Assembly (NCBI RefSeq): GCF_004376175.1 | Contig: NZ_SNUY01000029.1 | Coordinates: forward strand, 14,056 to 46,055 | From: Halalkalibacterium halodurans | GTDB taxonomy: Bacteria > Bacillota > Bacilli > Bacillales > Bacillaceae_D | Reading direction: 5' to 3' | Length of the DNA stretch: 32,000 nt | Shown here: piece by piece, positions 28,343 through 32,000 of the stretch | Layout: each line of letters opens with the position of its first letter | Numbering within the stretch: position 1 is the stretch's first letter | Translations under genes and position numbers: made by a program | Notes under the pieces: model-generated | Databases searched by the model: none | What the model was told of the DNA's origin: nothing | What the model saw: the letters and a program-made list of their open reading frames with translations, nothing else

Positions 28343-29369
28343 TTACGTAAAGTATTCGATGGTCGCTTGGGGGAACATTTGATGGATATAGCCTTCTATC
28401 GCCTCTTTTAATGCCTCAGCTTCCTCGTCCTTATATACATATTTGCCAATGCCATAGCGACCCCATTTGTATTTTCGTTCTTCTTCTTCCATTTGTAACT
28501 TCGTTTTCGGATATCGCTTCATAATGACGCGCTTTGCCGGCTTCGTGAAGCGATGTTGGATCAATTCAAATGTTAAATCGTTACGGCAGCTTCTTGGCAG
28601 CGTTGCCTCTAATCGTTCAAACAGCTCTTGGTACCCCCTCTGCCAACCGTAAAATAATCGGAGCAACGATAAAACCAAGAGGATAGCCAGCCTCTGCCAA
28701 CTTTTTCGCCGCTTCCAGCCGTTCTGAAAGACTGGATGTCCCTAGCTCGAAATGACGCACAACATAATCTGCATTCACGCTAAAACGGAACCTCGTTTTC
28801 CCATTATGGTTGGCATCAAGTAAATGATTGACATGATGATACTTCGTGACAAAGCGCAAACGACCATATTCTGTTTGTCCTATGTGCTCAATCGTCTTTT
28901 TTAACGAGTGGGTTAGGTGGTCAATGCCGACGATATCTGAAGTACAAGCCGCTTCAAACCGAGTAATCTCAGGCTCCCGCTTGTGGATGTATTGATCCGC
29001 TGCTGCAAAGATCTCCTCTAAATTCACGTATGTGCGGATATACGGCTTACTACCTAACGTTGTCTGCAAATAACAGTAATGGCAATGCCCCATACACCCT
29101 GTAGCCAGAGGGATCGCATACTCAGCAGACGGCTTCGACGTATCGAACGTCAAGGTTTTTCTTACCCCGATCACAAGGGTTGATTTTGCATTCCGGTATT
29201 GTTGTAGTTCATTTTTTCCGGGGATGTTTCGCACTTGGTTGTGGGAAGTCGTTTCCCTAAGCTCGACATCCATGTGTTTAAATTTTTCCACGAGGGTTCG
29301 TCCGAGCTCATACTCAAGTGCCCTTGGCTCATAATAGACGAGCTGTGGTAGAAATGGCTCCATCTTCAT
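28343..29369 (-). pseudogene. splB: Spore photoproduct lyase SplB (radical SAM), split by a frameshift near 28645-28660
   Basis: ORF 28617..29405 carries FLPQLVYYEPRALEY...ATGCMGHCHYCYLQ (CxxxCxxC)...GYPLGFIVAPII and then stops. ORF 28343..28678, in another frame, continues YGWQRGYQELFERLEATLP...LTFELIQHRFTKPAKRV...IEYFT. Together they are collinear with the 342-aa B. subtilis SplB. The junction lies at a T4 run (plus-strand AAAA 28651-28654). The likely start is MKMEP at 29369. Confidence 0.85.
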
Positions 29370-29482
29370 TCGTGCACATCCTTTTTTACTTAGTGTGCAC
29401 GTCACACCCCTTTTTCACATATCCACATAATGTTAGAACCGTTAGCCAGCAAAAAAGAGTGTAGCTTTGAAATAAAATTTGA

Positions 29483-29655
29483 TCAAAAATTTTCCACAAA
29501 CCCGTATGAAAAACTGCGATTGTCCATTTTTACTGCAAGATACATCCGTGTTTTTCGCTCTGAAACCATTGTATCAAGCTCCCAGTGACCAAATGTTGTT
29601 CTTTTCTTTACTTCTTTTGAACTCTGATCAATCGAAGTACCAATGTTAAAACGTC
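29483..29655 (-). pseudogene. IS30-family transposase remnant (internal fragment)
   Basis: Minus-strand translation gives TRGRFNIGTSIDQSSKEVKKRTTFGHWELDTMVSERKTRMYLAVKMDNRS. The FGHWExDTV...ERKTR context is typical of IS30-family transposases, with about 15 residues missing between DTxV and ERKTR. Only about 57 codons are open, with no N- or C-terminal domains. Confidence 0.5.
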
Positions 29656-29780
29656 CTCTAGTGGGAGTAGCTCATGATAAACCTCCGTGTAAGGGTTGTG
29701 TGGTAACTTCATTTTACGCGAAGGATCATGGGCTTTTTGTGTTTATTTTTAGGTGTGGCACTTAATATTACAATTCGTCA

Positions 29781-29828
29781 TATAAAAACACCCCAAAAGA
29801 TAGATTTTCTACTATAACTTTTGGGGTG
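29781..29828 (-). terminator. Orphan Rho-independent terminator (no intact upstream gene)
   Basis: CACCCCAAAAG (29789-29799) and CTTTTGGGGTG (29818-29828) form a perfect 11-bp stem with an 18-nt loop. On the minus strand it is followed by TTTTTATATG. Confidence 0.5.
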
Positions 29829-30088
29829 CAGCACCCAGAAGAGCTGATTACTATTATAAATTACACTTTTGCAACGTTAATTTATTTACGAACCGTGGTT
29901 ACTTTCCTAGTTATCGAATGTAACACATTGACATTTGTGTATGGCAAAATAAAAGTGCAGAGCTTTGCAAAGGAAAAATGCAGAGTCCTGCACTAAATTT
30001 TTGTGCGTAAACAAAAAAAGACTTGCCAGTCACCCCAAGTCCCACTACAGTAATTGTGTCAAGCAATTGGTAGTGGAGGTAAGAAAGG

Positions 30089-31513
30089 ATGCTAGCAATG
30101 TCTGATATTAATTGTATCAAACATTTAAGAAATAACAAAGGTTTATCTATTTCAGAAATACAAAGAACAATGGGAATTAATTGGCGAACAGCTAAGAAGT
30201 ATGCGGATGAAGATCAACTCCCTAAACAGAAATCATTTAAAAAGAAAGGGATGATGTATGAGGAAAAGTGGGGAGAAATTGTTTCAGATTGGCTTTTTGA
30301 GGATTTAAAGTTAAGGAAAAAATTAAGAAGAACAAAGAAACAAATATTTGAAGAACTAAAGGAAATGGGTTTCCAAGGTTCTTATCGTACTGTTTGTTAC
30401 TTTATCTCTGAATGGATGAATACTCACCAAGAAGAAAAGGATAAAGGGTATGAAAGATTAGAACATCCTCCGGGTGAAGCTCAAGTAGACTTTGGAGTAA
30501 TGGAAGCTGTACAAGATGGAGAAATTGTGGATATTCATGCTTTAGTTATGACGTTTCCTCATAGTAATGCTGGATTTGCAGTACCGTTACCAGCTGAAAA
30601 TCAAGAATGCTTCTTACATGGCCTCAATATTCTTTTTAAACAGGTTGGGGGAGTACCTAAAAGGATAAGAATCGATAATTTGACCCCCGCTGTGAAGAAA
30701 AAAAGGACAAAAAATGAAGAAGCACAATTAACTGATGAATTTGTTCAATTTCAGAATTATTATGGCTTTGATGTGCAGGTATGCAATCCAAGAAGTGGCC
30801 ATGAAAAAGGAAATGTTGAGAATAAAGTTGGATATATACGCTATAACTTTTTTACTTCAGCTCCAATAATGGACAGCTATGAGGGTTTAACGGATCAATT
30901 ATTTCATAAATTAGAGGCGGACAGAAATAGAATTCATTATGCCAAAAACGTACGTATTGAGGACTTATGGCAGGAAGAGCGGGATTATCTTCTAGCCTTA
31001 CCAGAAAAGCCCTATCCTGTATTTAAAGAGCATCTTGTTAAAGTAAACAAATATAATGAAGTGAAAGTGGACCAGACGTTGGTTCATGTCCCTAAGGGTG
31101 GCAACTATAGTCAATTACAAATGATATTAACATGGGATCAATTAAAGATTGTTTCACCTAATGGGGAGATATTATTGGATGACTATCGGCCATATATGAA
31201 AAAGCGAAAAGCATTACCATGGCTTTCAATAATTAAAACATGGATTCATAAACCAAGGGTTGTAGAATATTCGCGCTATCATAAGTATTTACCGGGAAGA
31301 ATTAAAGAATTTTTGTTGGTAGATAATTTAATTATTCGACGAAAACGATTAGAAGCTCTAGCTAGTTTATTAGTTTCTCATGACATGAAGAAGATTAATG
31401 AAGAGTTCTATGAATTAATTGCACAGGATAAGCTACCTAGTGATAATAATCCTTATGAAGTGGACTGGAGTAAATACGATTCATTAGCTCCTAGAGAGGA
31501 GGCTGTCAATTGA
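30089..31513 (+). CDS. istA: IS21-family transposase IstA
   Basis: The 474-aa ORF has GGAGG 9 nt upstream and an N-terminal HTH (GLSISEIQRTMGINWRTAKKY). DDE-region contexts are GEAQVDFG, RIDNLTPAV and GHEKGNVENKVGYIR. Confidence 0.93.
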   Translation: MLAMSDINCIKHLRNNKGLSISEIQRTMGINWRTAKKYADEDQLPKQKSFKKKGMMYEEKWGEIVSDWLFEDLKLRKKLRRTKKQIFEELKEMGFQGSYRTVCYFISEWMNTHQEEKDKGYERLEHPPGEAQVDFGVMEAVQDGEIVDIHALVMTFPHSNAGFAVPLPAENQECFLHGLNILFKQVGGVPKRIRIDNLTPAVKKKRTKNEEAQLTDEFVQFQNYYGFDVQVCNPRSGHEKGNVENKVGYIRYNFFTSAPIMDSYEGLTDQLFHKLEADRNRIHYAKNVRIEDLWQEERDYLLALPEKPYPVFKEHLVKVNKYNEVKVDQTLVHVPKGGNYSQLQMILTWDQLKIVSPNGEILLDDYRPYMKKRKALPWLSIIKTWIHKPRVVEYSRYHKYLPGRIKEFLLVDNLIIRRKRLEALASLLVSHDMKKINEEFYELIAQDKLPSDNNPYEVDWSKYDSLAPREEAVN

Positions 31514-32000
31514 AACAGGACATTAAAGAATTGTGTAAGTCATTGAGGTTAGCTTATGTTGCGGATGTATACGAGCAAATACCGTTTGAAACTCCGGAAC
31601 AATTCTTGTATGGGCTACTTAAGGAGGAAATAAGATTAAGAGAAAAAGCGAGAGCAATCCGCTTGATAAAAAAGGCGAAGTTCTTAGATAAAAAGAGTTT
31701 ACATGATTACGAGTGGACCGAACAACTTCGGTTCCCTCCTCACTTAACCAAAGAGGATTTGTGTAGCCTACAATTTATTGAGAATCGAGAAAATGTAGTT
31801 TTAGTTGGTTCACCCGGGACAGGGAAGACTCATTTAGCCACAGGACTAGGGAGAAAAGCTTGTGAACTAGGTTATGAGGTTCGTTTTTACCGTGTTGCCC
31901 ACCTAGTTGAGGAATTAGAGCAAGCTTTACGTAACAACCGTTTATCAGCATTTAGAAAACGGATGGAGAAGGTTGATTTGGTCATTTTAGATGAAATGGG
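31510..32000 (+). CDS. istB: IS21-family helper ATPase IstB, N-terminal 163 codons (truncated by window end)
   Basis: It is absent from the ORF track because no stop lies in the window. The TTG at 31510 overlaps the istA TGA. Translation gives KQDIKELCKSLRLAYVADVYEQ...VVLVGSPGTGKTHLATGLGRKA (Walker A)...VDLVILDEMG (Walker B). Confidence 0.9.
   Translation, partial: MKQDIKELCKSLRLAYVADVYEQIPFETPEQFLYGLLKEEIRLREKARAIRLIKKAKFLDKKSLHDYEWTEQLRFPPHLTKEDLCSLQFIENRENVVLVGSPGTGKTHLATGLGRKACELGYEVRFYRVAHLVEELEQALRNNRLSAFRKRMEKVDLVILDEM

Larger units (their letters stand above)
29919..32000 (+). mobile_element. IS21-family insertion sequence (left end approximate; right end beyond the window)
   Basis: The istA-istB pair has the TTGA start/stop overlap typical of IS21 elements. 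Upstream of istA are two direct ~19-nt repeats, AAAAGTGCAGAGCTTTGCA (29951-) and AAAAATGCAGAGTCCTGCA (29974-), which resemble the multiple terminal repeats of this family. A TGT-initiated candidate terminus lies at about 29919-29940. Confidence 0.7.

Noticed and set aside
29406-29460. Possible forespore (sigma-G-type) promoter upstream of splB, with CACACTA as a -10-like element
   Set aside because: The -35 match (GTGAA/TGTGA) and its spacing are ambiguous, so I could not distinguish it from chance without a PWM scan.
29911-30138. 75-aa minus-strand ORF overlapping the IS21 left end and the istA start
   Set aside because: It runs antisense through the IS terminal repeats and the istA RBS. 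It has no RBS of its own and a hydrophobic, low-complexity sequence, so it is probably spurious.

Overview
This window is a Bacillaceae chromosome segment, almost entirely minus-strand, that follows the B. subtilis yqi/yqh gene order. In order: recN(partial)-ahrC-tlyA/yqxC-dxs, ispA-xseB-xseA-folD-nusB-yqhY(asp23)-accC-accB, the full spoIIIAH..AA operon with yqhV, efp-yqhT-aroQ-yqhR, then yqhQ-yqhP (+), yqhO, mntR and splB. The main departure from that template is a 723-bp ORF-free, hairpin-dense gap between ispA and a four-TM membrane protein gene that sits directly upstream of dxs. That is the described locus of OLE (ornate, large, extremophilic) RNA and its partner oapA, as in Bacillus (Halalkalibacterium) halodurans. 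The species call is inference from synteny and content, since no search was possible. Other non-template content:
- An intact IS4/IS5-superfamily (IS1182-like) insertion lies between accB and spoIIIAH.
- An IS21-family element (istA, istB) runs off the right edge, next to an IS30-family transposase remnant and an orphan terminator.
- Two broken genes are present: splB is frameshifted at a T4 run, and an HSL-family esterase carries an in-frame TAA.
- A terminator-delimited ~220-nt unit with no annotated gene lies between efp and yqhV.
- A sigma-E-like promoter bracketed by inverted GGACAA boxes lies upstream of yqhV-spoIIIA.

No tRNA, rRNA or CRISPR array was seen. Start codons were adjusted by eye from RBS spacing and remembered B. 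subtilis orthologues. All promoter and terminator calls are manual pattern reads.
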